The position numbers and the translations under genes were made by a program. A stretch of DNA of 64,000 bases from a virus (Duplodnaviria; Caudoviricetes), in the IMG/VR virus record IMGVR_UViG_3300012952_000019, positions 30,484-94,483 of that record. One strand, 5' to 3'. Below the pieces are notes generated by a model, which worked only from the letters and a program-made list of their open reading frames with translations, was not told where the DNA came from and did not search any database. Of the stretch, positions 6,479-21,400 are shown piece by piece; positions within the stretch are counted from its first letter, which is position 1, and each line of letters begins with the position of its first letter.

Positions 6479-9400
6479 ATGACAAATATCAATAAGGTAT
6501 CACAAGCGGTTGTCTCACAGACACCAGATTTCGTAGAGTCAGATTATCCCCTCTTCAATAGATTCCTTGAGTACTACTATGCATCTCAAGAGAAAACTGG
6601 TCTTGGTCAAAACATTTTAAACAATTTTCTAGGATATCTTGACATTGATAAACTAGACATCAGTATTTTAGATGGTTCTACTAATGTCAGAGAAGCAATC
6701 ACTACTACTAGTGATAGAATTGTTGTAGAGAGTGTAGATAGTTTTTTAGATAAGAATGGAACAATATTAGTTGATAATGAAGTAATATTTTACGAAACCA
6801 CAACTCCTGCTCCTAACATTGCTCTAACACCTGGTATTAATTACGATCAGGTAAAATTAAAGTGGGATGAGTTAGCAAGTCCTTTAACAAGTTTTGATGG
6901 AACTACATCAAGATTTCCTTTAACATCGCAATCTAATCCCGTAGGTCCTCCATCTGCACAACATTTGATTGTAAGAGTGTACAATGAATGGTTGCTTCCT
7001 AATATTGATTATACTATTGATGGTGATCATATTGTATTCACTAATCCACCAAGAGCAAGAGTTGTTGCTGATGACGCAGCATATACCTATATTACTTACT
7101 TAAACGGTTTTGTTGAGAATGAGATAGTTGCTATGGACAATATCTCTGGTGCATTTGGTGAAAATAAGAGACAATTTACTATTACACGGAACGGAGTAAG
7201 ATATGAACCGACTGTAGATGAATATGTTCTTGCAATATACGATAACAAGTTAATGATCCCTAAAGTGGACTTCTTTATTGATGGTGATCAGTTTATCTTC
7301 AAAACTGCTCCATTAAACGGAAGACTACTTTCTTTCTACGCTATTGAGGCACCTATCCCCTCATTTGGTAAAGATGCTGTTGGATTTGCTCAAATTGATG
7401 ATGCAGGTACACTTACTGGCATTAGTGTTAATAATACAGGTTCTCAATATAGATTCCAATATCCTCCACAAGTTTCCGTAAACTCTACTACAGGAACTGG
7501 TGCATCTGCAACTGCCCTTGTAAACGGTGTTAAGTCACTTTCTCTACTAAACGGTGGTTTTGGTTATAGTGAAACTAACCCTCCAGTAGTTCAAGTTCAA
7601 TCCCCAACTCTAGATGGTTCTCAGCAAGCAACTTTAAAAGCAACTGTTACTAATGGTGCTGTATCTGCCCTTGAGGTGGTCAATTCTGGATCAGGGTATA
7701 CATTTACACCTAGAATCACTTTTAGACAACCAGGAGGTTGTACACTAGGCACAGGACAGATCTTAAATGGATCTATTAGTGCAGTTCCTCCTATTACTTA
7801 CGGTGGATTTGGATATACGACTGCACCTACCGTTTATGTTGATGAACCTACAGGTGAATCACCAATTAGAGCAAATATTCAAGCAACTTTAGCTGATGAT
7901 GGATCTATCGCTAGTCTTACAATACTAAATGCGGGACAAGGATATACAACTACACCTAGAATTGCGATTATCGATCCAGTTGGTGCACAAGTCTTAGAAA
8001 CTGTTATTGATAATGACGGAAGATTAGTTTCTATTGAACTTTTAGCGGGTGGTAGTGGATATGAGGATATTCCTTCAGTTTACATTGTTGACAACAGATT
8101 AGACGATAGAGGAACATTTATTGGTGGAAGCGGAGCTAAAGCAGTAGCATCTATATTCAATGGTAGAATTACTGATATTAACGTCACGGAGTTTGGAACT
8201 GGATATAGTCAGACAACTCCTCCAACTGTTGTTATACAAGCACCTCCAGAAGCGGAAGCATCTGCAACTATAGGTGTTAACGAGGTTACTGGATTTAATA
8301 TTAATCAAAACGGAAGTGGATACACAAAAGCACAGTTTATTGGATGTGCTAGAGCTGCAAGTGCTATTACTTCATACACTCAGAATGGTAATGCTGTATT
8401 TACTGATACTTCTACCGCATCTAATCATTCATTAAATGCACCAGTTAAGTGTTTAGACGCATTATTTGTTAAGAGATTACTCGATAAGTACACTGAGCAG
8501 TTTTTACCTGATGTTCCTTCATTAGATTACAATACAATAGATGTAAGAACCGCAATCAAGACTATTAAAGACTTTTACAGTTGTAAAGGAACTTCTTACA
8601 GTATTGCATATCTTTTCAAACTTCTTTATGGTGAGCAAGTCAATATATCATATCCTAAAGATCAAATCATTAAACCATCTGCAGCAACATGGTCTATTGA
8701 TACAATTCTTCGTGCAACTATAGTAAGTGGTAATCCTGCTGACATTAGAGACGGTCTTTTAACTCAAGATGCTGATATTGCTGATGAAAACATAAGAGCA
8801 GCAAGTGCACTTGTAGAAAACTTTATTTCGATTAAAACATCAGAAGTTGAGATATATGAATTAATATTATCAGAAGAAACTATTGATGGAACATTTATAG
8901 TTCCTTATAAGACAAAACTAGCAGAACCTCTTGATCAGACAGAAGGTATTATAACTGTTGACTCTACAATCGGTTGGCCAGAAAGAAACGGTGAATTTTT
9001 GATTGGTAGTTCATCTGATACTGCAGAACTAATTCAATATAAGGAAAAATCACTAAACCAGTTCATTGAGTGTACTAGATCAGTAAATGGTGTAGTTGAG
9101 GACTGGGATTCTGCTACTGAAGTAAAATCTAACTTTAAAGTCTATGTTAACAAAGGAACTGCTCAAGAAGTAGTCATGAACGTTGTTGGTATCGTTGATG
9201 CTCAACAAACTACTCTTACTGATACTGGTTCTTACTACTTACCTGGTGATAAACTAGCAATTTCTAAATTAGGTGGAACTGATGTTAGTTCAGAACTTAC
9301 AACTTGGTTGTATAACGTTAAAAAGTTAATTTCAATTACTGGAATTACATTTGGTGGTATTAATGATCAAGCTGCTACTGTAACTTGTGCAAACCCTCAT

Positions 9401-12400
9401 GGTCTACTGGTTGGAGATCAGGTTACCATCTATGGTGCTAACCCAATCATCTATAATGGAACTTTCTTAGTTACATCAAGAGATTCTACCACTGTATTCC
9501 AATATGAACTACCTCAACCAGGTGGAGTAATACCACAAGGTAATATTCTTGTTTCTATTGACCTTAATAAGGGTAAATCATCAAGTGCACAAATTTTAAC
9601 TGCGATTGGTTCATATACTACTAACGTTCAGAACACATTCTTCAATGACAATTATGTTTACGTTGCTTCTACAGGTATTCCCAACTATGACATAGGTCCG
9701 TTTCCTGGTTCTGCACTATTACCTGGTAACCAAAGAAAATTAAACAGATTCCCAAGAGTTGCTCAAACTATCTCTACAAAGAACTTAATTAATCCAGGTC
9801 CTGTTGGAACTTGGGTTAACGGTGTTTCTATATGGTCATATAAGTCATCTCTATTCAAAACATTCGGTGCTGTAACTGCTATTACCATTACTAACGTTGG
9901 TCAAGACTATGATGCTGCATCTCCTCCAAATATTTCAATTACTGGTGGTGGAGGATCAGGTGCAACAGGTTCAGTTGTTGTTAATGGTTCTTTAAGCGAA
10001 GTAGAGGTTCTTACAGGTGGATCTGGTTATACATCCTCACCATTGGTCTCTATAGTCGGTGGAGGCGGTTCTGGTGCTGCTGCAACTGCTATTATCACTA
10101 AAGGTGTTGTTTCACGTATTCTAATCAATTCTGGAGGAACTGGATATGTTTCACAACCTTCAATTACTATTGTTGGAGGCGGTGGAACTGGTGCAACTGC
10201 AACTGCAAACGTCAGAGGTCCGATCCAATCTATTGCTGTAACAAGTGGTGGTGCTTCATATACATCTAATCCTACTGTTACATTGAGTTCTGGTAGTGGT
10301 GCTGTTGCTCAAGCAATTGTACAGAATGGTCGTATTATATCAATCGCTATTATTTCTGCAGGATCTGGTTATACAACTGCTCCTATAGTAAGTATTCAAG
10401 GTGATGGATTTGGTGCTGTTGCAAGAGCAGGTATTGATATTGATGGTGAAAACGCAGGAAGAGTAACAAGTGTTGAGATTCTCAACAGAGGTATTGGATA
10501 TATTCAAGGAACTACACTTATTAACTTAACTTCTGTTGGACAAGATGCATTGTTTACAGCAAACGTATTCCAATGGACTTATAACTTACAAGCAACTAGT
10601 TCATTAGATACTGCAAAAGGTGGAGTATTTGAAGGATTTAATAATCAGTATGGTGGAGAATATGCTCATTTATCAAACCCACAAAGATTAAGATACGTTC
10701 TTGGTGATAATTTACAAGAACCAACTGCAGGAAATATAGTTGAACAGGCAGAACAGTTAAACCATTCTCCTATTGTTGGATGGGCATTTGATGGTAACCC
10801 AATTTACGGTCCTTATGGTTACGCTGATCCTACTGATCAATCATCTGCTATCAATAGATTAAACACTTCATATCGTCTTAAAACAGAACTTGTATATGAT
10901 GTAGTTACTAATCCTTATCCTGCTAGAACCGCAGGTCCTTTACTTACTGATGAGGCAGCAGGTAATTTTGTAGAAGATTATGAGTATGTGTTTGGTTTAG
11001 GTGATCTTGATCAGTACAATGGTCGTTTCTGTAAGACACCTGAGTTTCCTGGTGGTAGATATTGTTACTTTGTTACTGTTGACACTACTGAGCAAGGTAA
11101 TCCAGTATTCCCATATGTTTTAGGTCCTAGTTTTAACTCAGTTGTTGATACTTGGAACTTAACTGACGGTGCAACTCAACAGAATATTCCTACTGGTGTT
11201 GTTAGATATCGTGATCCATATGAGAACGTTGATATTGACGTTGAGAGGGCACCAAATGCCTCTACAAACGCTCTAACTACCGAAGATGGTGAATTGCTTG
11301 TATTTGAAGTAGAAGACGAGAATAGGGACGCTGTGATCTCTCAGGATGAGATAGATGATCCAGATCAAATCTTTGAAGAGTCACCTCTACAGTTATTTGA
11401 TTATTTCCCTAAAGTTAAGTTTGACTCTAAGGTTGATATTGAAGTTGAAACGATTACTAAGTTTGAAGATGCTTCTGTAACTGGATTTACAGTAGAAAAC
11501 CCTGGTGCTTCTTATCAGGTTAATGACCGACTAGTATTTGATAATACAGATACTGATGGTACTGGTGTTTCTGCTCGTGTTTCTCATATTAAAGGAGAAG
11601 CAGTTTCAACATATGGATATGAAAGTATTGGTGGTGTCAACTATGGTGTTCTAAAGACTACAACTCCACATAACCTAACTGTTGATGATCAGGTAGTCGT
11701 AGACTATACACCTATAATGAACAACACTAATAAGACTTTTGTTGTTAAACAAATTAAAGGTGTTGAAGAAATTGTTATTGATCAACAAGGTTCTGGATAT
11801 AATAGTGAATTACCTCCTACAATTATTCTTGATGGTGATGGAACTGGTGCAGCATTAGAAGCGGTTGTAACATCAGTAGGATCTATTTCCTCAGTTAATA
11901 TTACTAACTCTGGTCAAGACTATACTACAAACCCAAGAGTTATATTATCACATCCTCAAATCTATAAGAAAGCAGATTATTATATTTCTAAGATTACAAG
12001 TAATGATTATGTTAAAGTTAATGATGTATTTGTAAATGATCAGAAAGAAGTATTCCTTTGTGGTAAAACAAAAGATTCATTTAATTATACTATAGCATTT
12101 GTAGCAAAATTATCTGCTACTGGTGTTAAAGACTGGGAAAAGACAATTAAGAGTACTGATGGTCAAAATGAAGTAGAGTTTGAAAAAATATTAGTTGATG
12201 GTCAAGATGTTTACTGTGTAGGTCATAATAGACCAAATGCAAGTATATTAGAAGCATATAACCCTGATGTTGTTCTTTGTAAGTATACACAGGCAGCAAA
12301 TGGATTAAGTGCTACTTTACAGTATCAAAAAGCATATGCAGGTATATCAGGTTCTACTCGTTCTGATAATGTTAGTGCTATTGCCAAATATTCAGATACT

Positions 12401-15400
12401 AGATTTGTTTTAGGTGGTTATACAAATACTAACTCTGGTAATCCATATGATGCTTATATTGCTGTTGTAGATACACTTGGTAACTTTGCTGTTAAGAGAA
12501 AACTTACTTCTGTTAATGTATCTGAAAAAATTACAGACTTACTTGTTGATGGAACTGACATATACTATACATTAGAAATTGCTACAAGTCCTAATGCATC
12601 AAATGTTGATACAGGTATTGGTAAAGCAAATGTAGGTACTAGTGCCATTACTCTTCTATGGAATAAACAATTAAGTAATACACTGTATTCTTTTGAAGAT
12701 TCAAGTCTTACAATAGATGAGTTTAGTGAACTTTATATTACTGCTACAACAAAACTTAAAGCAGATAATACTACAAAAGATGGATTCTGGATTGGTAAGT
12801 TAAGCACAGAAGGAGTATTCCTATGGAACTATCGTTATGCAGTAACTGGTGGATATACTATTCATGCTGCTAAGAGAAGTCATATTGATATTTTTGGTGA
12901 TCTAAACGTTGCAATCAACAAATATCAAAATACAGATGGTGAATTAACTGTTGACGTAGTTAAACTTGGATACAATGGTATTATTAAGAGTCATACTAAT
13001 AATAAGTTTGATGTTAATAACATTGAAGGATTAACTGCTCATACATTATATCCTGATAGTTCTGGTGATATTCATGTATATGGTCAAACTTCTTGGAATA
13101 GGAATGAACTATTATTACCATTTACAAGTGGTGCGTCTACAGATGTTACAGGTCATTATACACCAACTTATATTTCAGAGGGTAATGGACTTCAATTTGA
13201 TGCTACTAATGGATATGCAAAAATATTAGGAAAAGACTCTACTACTCCTACAACATGGGTAAATTCAGTTATACAACTTAATGGTTCTGATTTAGGAACT
13301 AAAATGACTAACGACTGGACTATTGAGTTCATGTTGTATAAAGATGCTGTAGGTAATAACAATACACATAGTCAAACACAACAAACATTAATAGCAATCG
13401 GTGATGCTACCTTGAGTACAGGTGGTCTATGGTTGTATTATGATATTTCATCTGGACAAATGCAGTTAGTTGTTACTGCAAATGGAACTGCACTTAACTC
13501 TGCATCAGGTTCTCTACAATCTACAGTTACTACAATGTTTGCCGATAATACTTGGCAATTCATTGCACTTACTAAATCTGCAGGTCAATATACTGCATAT
13601 GTTAATGGTATACAAGTTCTTCAAGGAACTATTGATAATACTGCATTCCAGAATCAGAATTTATATATTGGTAATATTCCTGGTAAGAGTGGAACATTAA
13701 ATCAATTCCTTTCTTCTTATCAAGGTCAATATCATATTGATAATCTTCGTATTAGAAACAGAGCAGTTACTCCTACAGTTCCTACTGATGTAACTAACTA
13801 TCCTATTGCAGGTGAGTTTAATGAAGGATTTGATTGGCAAGATACAACATGGTTCTCTACTTACGTTAACAAATATGATTATATTGATTATGTTGGTTGG
13901 GGTATTAAGATTGATAAGAATGCCGATGCAGCAAGATTAGGTACACAAACAGCACAAACTAATACTGGAATTGGATTTACTAGAGCTAATATAGCGATTG
14001 TAGAAGGATCAGCATTAACTGTTAATAATACAGGATTTGCTTTAGCAGAAGCAGGATTCCAAAACTTAGACTTTGATGATGCTGATACATCAATGACTCA
14101 GGATTCTTCAACATTATCATATCTTCAAGATGTTTGGAGTTCTAGAACTGCTACTGTTCCTTCACCAGGTTCTCAAAAACTAAGAGTTACTGCTAATGTT
14201 AAAGACAGATATTACTTTAAGGTTACACCTACAGTCAAGATTGACAATATTCAAGAACTTACTCTTAATCAACAGTTTAGATTTACTACAGGTGCAAAAT
14301 TAAGACTTAATAATTCATCTGGAGTATTCCAAAATAGTGGATATATTATTAGACAAGATACTACTAATAATAAGATATATCTTGCTGTTAATATTAATGC
14401 TTGGTCAGATGATCTTAATACTGGTGAATTAGTTACAGAACAGTTTAATGAACAAAGCACTTATGGTATTGTAGGACCTATACCTGCTGATGTTAATGAA
14501 CTTATATTTACATTCCCACTAATAAACAACACTACACCTGGTACATTTGATATTGATTTAAACAATTTCAATCACCCAGAGGGAGGTTCAAATAATCTTG
14601 ATGAATTAACTAACTTTAAACCTTATACTGATGATGATTATTCTATAAGAATTGATGAAGTAGCTGGTGGTTCACCCTATATTGTTGGATCTGTTATTAA
14701 CATTAACTCTGGTGATATCAGTTACAATGCTGCATATACCACTGCACAAATTACTAATTTAACTGGTGTTCTTAAAATTACTTTAGTAGCAACACTTAAG
14801 AAGATTATACAAGTTACTGCTGTTGCTAATAGTGATGAAGTTTATATTGTTACTGCAAATAGTCATTACCTTACTGAAGGTGAGATGGTTAACATTGATG
14901 GTAACCCATCACAAACTGTTGATAGTGTAGTTTATGATGAATATGATGGTGCTTTCCCAGTCTTCAGTGTTGTAAGTCCTGTTGAATTTACATATAAATT
15001 ACCTTCTGCTGCAATAACTTCACCAGCTACAAGTTCTGGAAGTGTTAATATCTACGTTAAGTCACCTGTTCTTAAAATGTATTATGGACATCAATATCTC
15101 TTTGATGTCAGTCATTCTTCTATGGCGGGTGGTAACTTATCATTCTCTAAAGATAATCTTTATAAACTGGAATATTCATTCAACTCTATTGAAAGAGTAG
15201 GTACACCTGGTATTACTGGTCAAGGTGTTCCTAATCCTACTGTTAAGTTAAAAGTTGATACTGAAATTGTTACTAATATTTCTTACTACTTTGATCCTTC
15301 TAGAACTGGTGCTGATTCTCCTGTTAACCCTGCAAGTTACTTAGATGTTGTTGATTCTCCATACGTAGGTAACTTTACCATTAGTTCTATATCTGGTGCA

Positions 15401-18400
15401 ACTATTACTCGTGGTGCAGATACATTTAAGTTTGTTCTTGCTAATGAACCAGAAGGAAATGCTGATGTTATCAATACATCTTATAGCACAAGTTCATTGA
15501 AGGCAGTTGGTTCTATCAATGATATACGTATTGTCAATCCTGGCGGTTTCTATACTAGATTACCTGTTGTCACAACAATTCAATCATCTAGACAGATTGA
15601 GAGAGTTCAAATTGATGCACCAGGTACTGAATATGCTGTAGGTGTTTATAATAGTGTTCCTATTGCAGGTGATGGAGAAGGTGGATTTGTTTCTATTACT
15701 GTTGCTGATGGAACTGATGATGAAGGTGTAACAATTCCTGGTCAAATACAAGAAGTTGTAGTTACATCACCAGGTAAAGGATATACTACTGCAAGTATTG
15801 ATGTTGAATCTATATCAGGTATTCTTGGAGCAGGTCTAACAGGTTCTGGTGTTGATTTGAATGTTGTTATTCCTCCTGCAGGATCAGGTGCTTCTATCTT
15901 TACTAAAGGAATTAAAGTTGGTAAGATTAAGAAATTACAGAACAACAACTTTGGATATGATTATCCTCATGACTATACTTTACGTCCTGAGATTTCATTC
16001 CCAATTAACGCACAGTTAACATCTACAAGTATACTTGATAGTATTACAGTTACAGATCCAGGTTCTGGATATTCACAAGCACCAACCGTTGTTATTACAG
16101 GTGGTGGTGGACAAAATGCAACTGCTGAAGCATCAATTAAGAATGGTCGTTTAGATGATATTATTGTTAAAGATCCAGGCTCAGGTTACTCTTCTGCTCC
16201 TACCGTTGCATTAAGATCTTCTTTCAACTATGTTGTTAACCTTGACTTAGGATTACTACAATTTGCTTTCCCACATGGTATTGTAAATGGTTCTGAAGTT
16301 ACATTGACAGTTACTGATACTGGTGATGGTGCTGAGTTCCCATTATCAGCAGGTGCTGTTGGTCGTTTGAATTCTACTAACACATATTACGCTATTGCTG
16401 GTACTGCAAACTCACTAGAAGAAAACCAATTAAAGATTGCTATTACTGCTGCTAACGCTGCATTAGGTGACTCCTTATCGTTTGTTAACGCAGGAACAGG
16501 TCGTCAAACAATATTAACTGAATCATTTGGTGGTGCAGCAACTGCAAACGTTGTCACATCTACATTCTTAGAAGGTGAACTTGTTTATCAAGGTGATAGT
16601 TTAGACGCTGCAACTGCTAGTGGATATGTTTCTACTAACCAAGGTTGGCAGGTAGGACCTAGAATTATTAAGATTGTTGATTACACTGGAGACTTTAATG
16701 CTAACGAAAGAATAACAGGTGTTATTTCTAAGTCTTCTGGTATCATTAGTGATCTTAAGATTGCTCGTGGTGTTCTTGAAATTGGTTCTATTACTAAAAC
16801 AACAGGTCAGTTTATTGATGACATTGGTAAACCATCCGAAATTATTCAGAAGATTCAAGATAGTTACTATTATCAGGACTTCTCATATGCTGTTAAGTCT
16901 GCTGTTTCTATTGGTGAGTGGAAAGAGATATTACTTAAGAACGTTCACCCTGCATCATTTAAAGTATTTGGTGAATTAAATCTATCTGATTATGGTCAAA
17001 TTCCTAACAAGGAAACTGATTTCCAGATAACCAAAGCTGTTGAATTAGCAAGAGAAGCGATAGTTCCTAATATACAGAGTTTCTCTCTAGTTGAACCAGT
17101 TTATTCACAGTTTAATAACTCAGAAGTATTATTCAGACAAAAAAGATTAACATCTTCAGAAAACATTTTAACATCAGTTGTACAAAGATTAGATGATATT
17201 TCTAATCAATTTGATGGTGTTAAAACTCAGTTCCCATTAAAAGTTAATGGTGAAAATGTAGTTGCTAATGCTAACCAATTAATGATTATCTTAAATGGTG
17301 TTGCTCAAACTCCTGAGACATCATTTAATATTCAAGGTGATTCTATTGTATTCAGTCAACCACCACAACCTCCTGCTAGTGTCAAATATGTAAACGCTAC
17401 TATTTCAGAGATTAATATATCTGAAATAACATTTACTAACGTTAGTGGTATATTCCCTATCATAGGAAATACAATGGCTGGACAGACTTCTTTAGCAAGA
17501 TTTACTGTCACATCTGTTATTGGTCAAGCAATTAGAGGATTCTTTGTAGAAGGAAGTGCATTTACATTTGGTGAATTGGTAAGTAATAGTGCTACAGGAT
17601 TTATTGCTAATTATGATGCTGTATCATCTATTTCTAATCTTGGATTATTTACTTTTGGTGAGCAAGTTAGTAACCTTGATGGTAAGACTGCTAGAGTTGA
17701 ATCAATTAACTTAGCAGGTGGATCTTCTGATCCATTAGGTCAACTTCGTTATGGTGTAGGTCCTTCGACTGCTGCTATTGAAGTGGTAGCATCTAAAGCA
17801 GTTTCAACTGATCCTGACACACCTCCTGCTACAGGAACATTTGCTCTTAATGCTAATTATCAAGTTGGTTCTGAGATTGTAACTGTTACTCAAATTACTG
17901 AGAATAATGATTCTACTATATTAGAAGTAACTAGAGGTCAATTAGGTACTACAGCAGCAACACAGGCAGAAGATGGTCCTGTATATGCAACCACAGTTCT
18001 TGTTAATGATAAATTAACTTTAAGTAAAACTACTGGAACATATCAGTCTACACCTGGTTTATTTGATCTTGCTCTTAATGATGTTATTATCGGTGCTCAG
18101 TCTGGTGTAGTTGCAAGATTAACTGCTACATCTACATATCAAGATCCTACAACTCAAGAATTTATTGGTCAGGTTAATATTTCAGAAGGATCTTCATTCT
18201 TTGGTCTCTTATTCAACAGAGTTACATCTATCACATATCCAAATATTGTTTTAGATGATATTTCAATATCAACAATTAGTGTTGTTGATTATGACACATA
18301 TACAACTGATATTGATTCTCAATTCCCTGCTAATGAATTCATAAGTCAAATTGTTATTCCTTATGATAATGCCTCTGGTAAGTTATCTGTAGGTGAAATG

Positions 18401-21400
18401 ATCAGGAATTATAAACTTGATTACGGTAATAATGTTGGAACATTTAATAGTGGTGAATCTGGTAAGTCTAGAAAACTAACATTTAGAGAAAAACAAGGAA
18501 CTGGAATATTCTCTGCAGGTCAAACAATTAGAACTAGAGATACTAAGGCAGAAGTAATTGGATTTGATTTCTCAGGTGATACCATATATCTTGGTAAGAT
18601 TGGTAGATCACTAAGAGGTGGTGCTGACTATCATCAATTTAACTTCTCTGGTAGTGCTCAATTAGATACTTCAATTAAGAAATTTGGAGATGCATCATTA
18701 CAACTTGATCTAGCAACAAGTGATTATATTCAAATTCCTGCATCATCTGAATTTACCCGTGGTACAGGTGATTATACTATTGAATTCCAAGTTCGTTTAG
18801 ATGCAGTATCTTTAGCAGATACTAAGACTTTAGTTGATATGAGAACAAGTGCTACTGAAGTTGCACTTAGAATTTACTTACAAGCAGCACAAGTTCGTGT
18901 TAATGTTAATGGTTCAGATATAGCAACTTCTGGTGGAAATGCTCTAAACAATAATGTTTGGTATCATCTTGTAATTCAAAGAACTGGAACTTCTCTTAAG
19001 ATCTTCTCTAATGGAGTTGAGATAGGAACTGGAACTGATAGTGGTAATTATACATTAGATAGACCAATTAGAATAGGTGCTGATTATGCAGGTCTTAATC
19101 CTATAACTGCACATATTGACGAGTTTAGATATTCTGTTGTTTCACGTTATGCTACAGTACCATTCACTTCACCAAATGGTATTTTCCAAGGAGATGCAGA
19201 TACTAAAGTATTATGTCACTTTGATGGTGCTGATGGTGCAACTAAGACTGAAGATTGGTCAGGTGGAGAATCATTTACTCAAGAAGAATATTTAAACAAC
19301 GATGCTCTTGCTGTAACAGATGCTTCTTCTGCTAATGCTCCTGCAGGATTTAATAAGAAGAGTCACAGATATCTTAACGCTGCAGATTTAATGTTAATGA
19401 ACAAGGAATATCTTGCTCAAGAAACAGTTTATATTATGAAGGAAGTATTCCCTGCTCATAGTGTTAAGGGTAGTGAAGTTGATTGTGAAGATGATGTAAG
19501 AGATGTTGTTGATTCTATTGTAGATGACTTACGTAATGGTAGTAATCATCATATGTGGAAAGCAGCTTCATACTATGTTAATAGAGCTGTTAATCCTATT
19601 CAAATTGTAAACGTAGAAGATGATGTCTCTATGACAGTCTATGTTTATGAAATATTAGATAAACTTGCTAAGTATATTGTTAATAATGTTCCTTGGAGTA
19701 CTCAAGGTGATCATGGGTTAACTCAGAAGTTTGACACTTCTATCACATTTGATGGTTATACATCACAAACATTAACTAAGTTTAGTCCAACTGCAATCGA
19801 CTATCATCCATCAATGGGTGACATGGAAATAACAGCTGCAAGTCATGGACTCGCGGCCCCTAGAACTATAACAGCATCATCGTCGGGATACACTGCTACC
19901 ACTGGTGTTTTGACAGTTGAATCTGTTGGGCACTCTCTAGAAACTGGGGACAGAATTAAGTTTGAGCCTAATTCTATTACCATGACTTGTACTTGTGATG
20001 GTAATACAGTATCACAAAGTTACCCTAGAGATGATGATCCAGCAAACCAAGGCTGGTTAGAAGTAGCGAAGATTGATAATGATAACTTTAGTGTAAATGT
20101 TGGAACATCTCCAACAGTTAACTTTACTGCGACTGCAGCAGATTATGATAGTAATACTGGTTTCTTAACTATGGACATTGGTGACAATGACCTAAGACCA
20201 GGCAGTAAGTATACTGTTTCTAGTGCAGCATATAATCCTACTAGTGGTGTAATGACAGTTGGTATTGGTAATGACCAGTACAATGTTCATGATGCTGATT
20301 ACAGTCCTACAAGTGGAGATTTAGAAATCTATACTGGAACACATAATTTAAAAACAGGACAGTTTATTAAGATTGCTAATAATGGTATTACATTTAGATG
20401 TTCTCAAGATGATTATGCTACTAATCATCCATATCCAAGAGCAACTGACCCTGCACGTGATACAGCATTAGAAGTTCTTCATGTAACTGATACATCATTC
20501 ACAGTAAACGTTGGTAAATCTCCTATCGTTGAATACGATGTTTCTAATGCAACCTTCAATCCTAATACAGGTGAGATGACATTGACTATTGGAAATCATA
20601 GTTTATCTGCAAATACTTCTATTAGAATTAAGACTCAAAGTATTGGATTTACATGCACATATGGTGCAGGTGTTCATTACTATCCAAGACCTCTAATTGA
20701 TGAGCATAACGTAAGTGATGCAGCATATAATCCAACAACAGGTGTAGTAACATTAACTATTCCTCAAGGACATGGTATGAAGGATGGTGATAAGGTTAAG
20801 ATTCCTGATTACTCACTTTCATTCACATGTGATAAAGATAGTAATGCAACTACTCACAGATATCCTAGACCTTATGATCCTATTAGTGATAGATGGATCG
20901 AAATAAGTAATGTTCAATCAACAAGTATTGATATTCAAGTATTAGATACTGCTCCTTCCACAAATACATCTACTCACACCTTTATAAGTTTCACAGGTGC
21001 AATTCAACAGAAACGTGATAAGTCATTTGAACAATCTATTTCTATTGCTTCAGTAGGTCCAACAACAATTACTCTTAATGTTGGTATCTCAAGTAATACA
21101 ACAACTCATACATATTCAACTTCATTAGCGGGTGCTGTTCAAACTGGTGGTAATTATAAACATAAGTTTAGGTCCGCACTGACTAATGCTATAACTGTAG
21201 AGCATGGCTTATATGTTGGTGATAGAGTTATGTTTGATAGAGACTCACTAACATTTACATGTCTTGAAGACGGTGGTGCTACTGAGCACACATATCCAAG
21301 AATTACAGATCCTTACTATAACAAGTGGTTACCTATTTCTAATGTAACTCATACAACATTTGATGTTCAGGTACTAAGTTCTACACCTTCTACTAACCAA

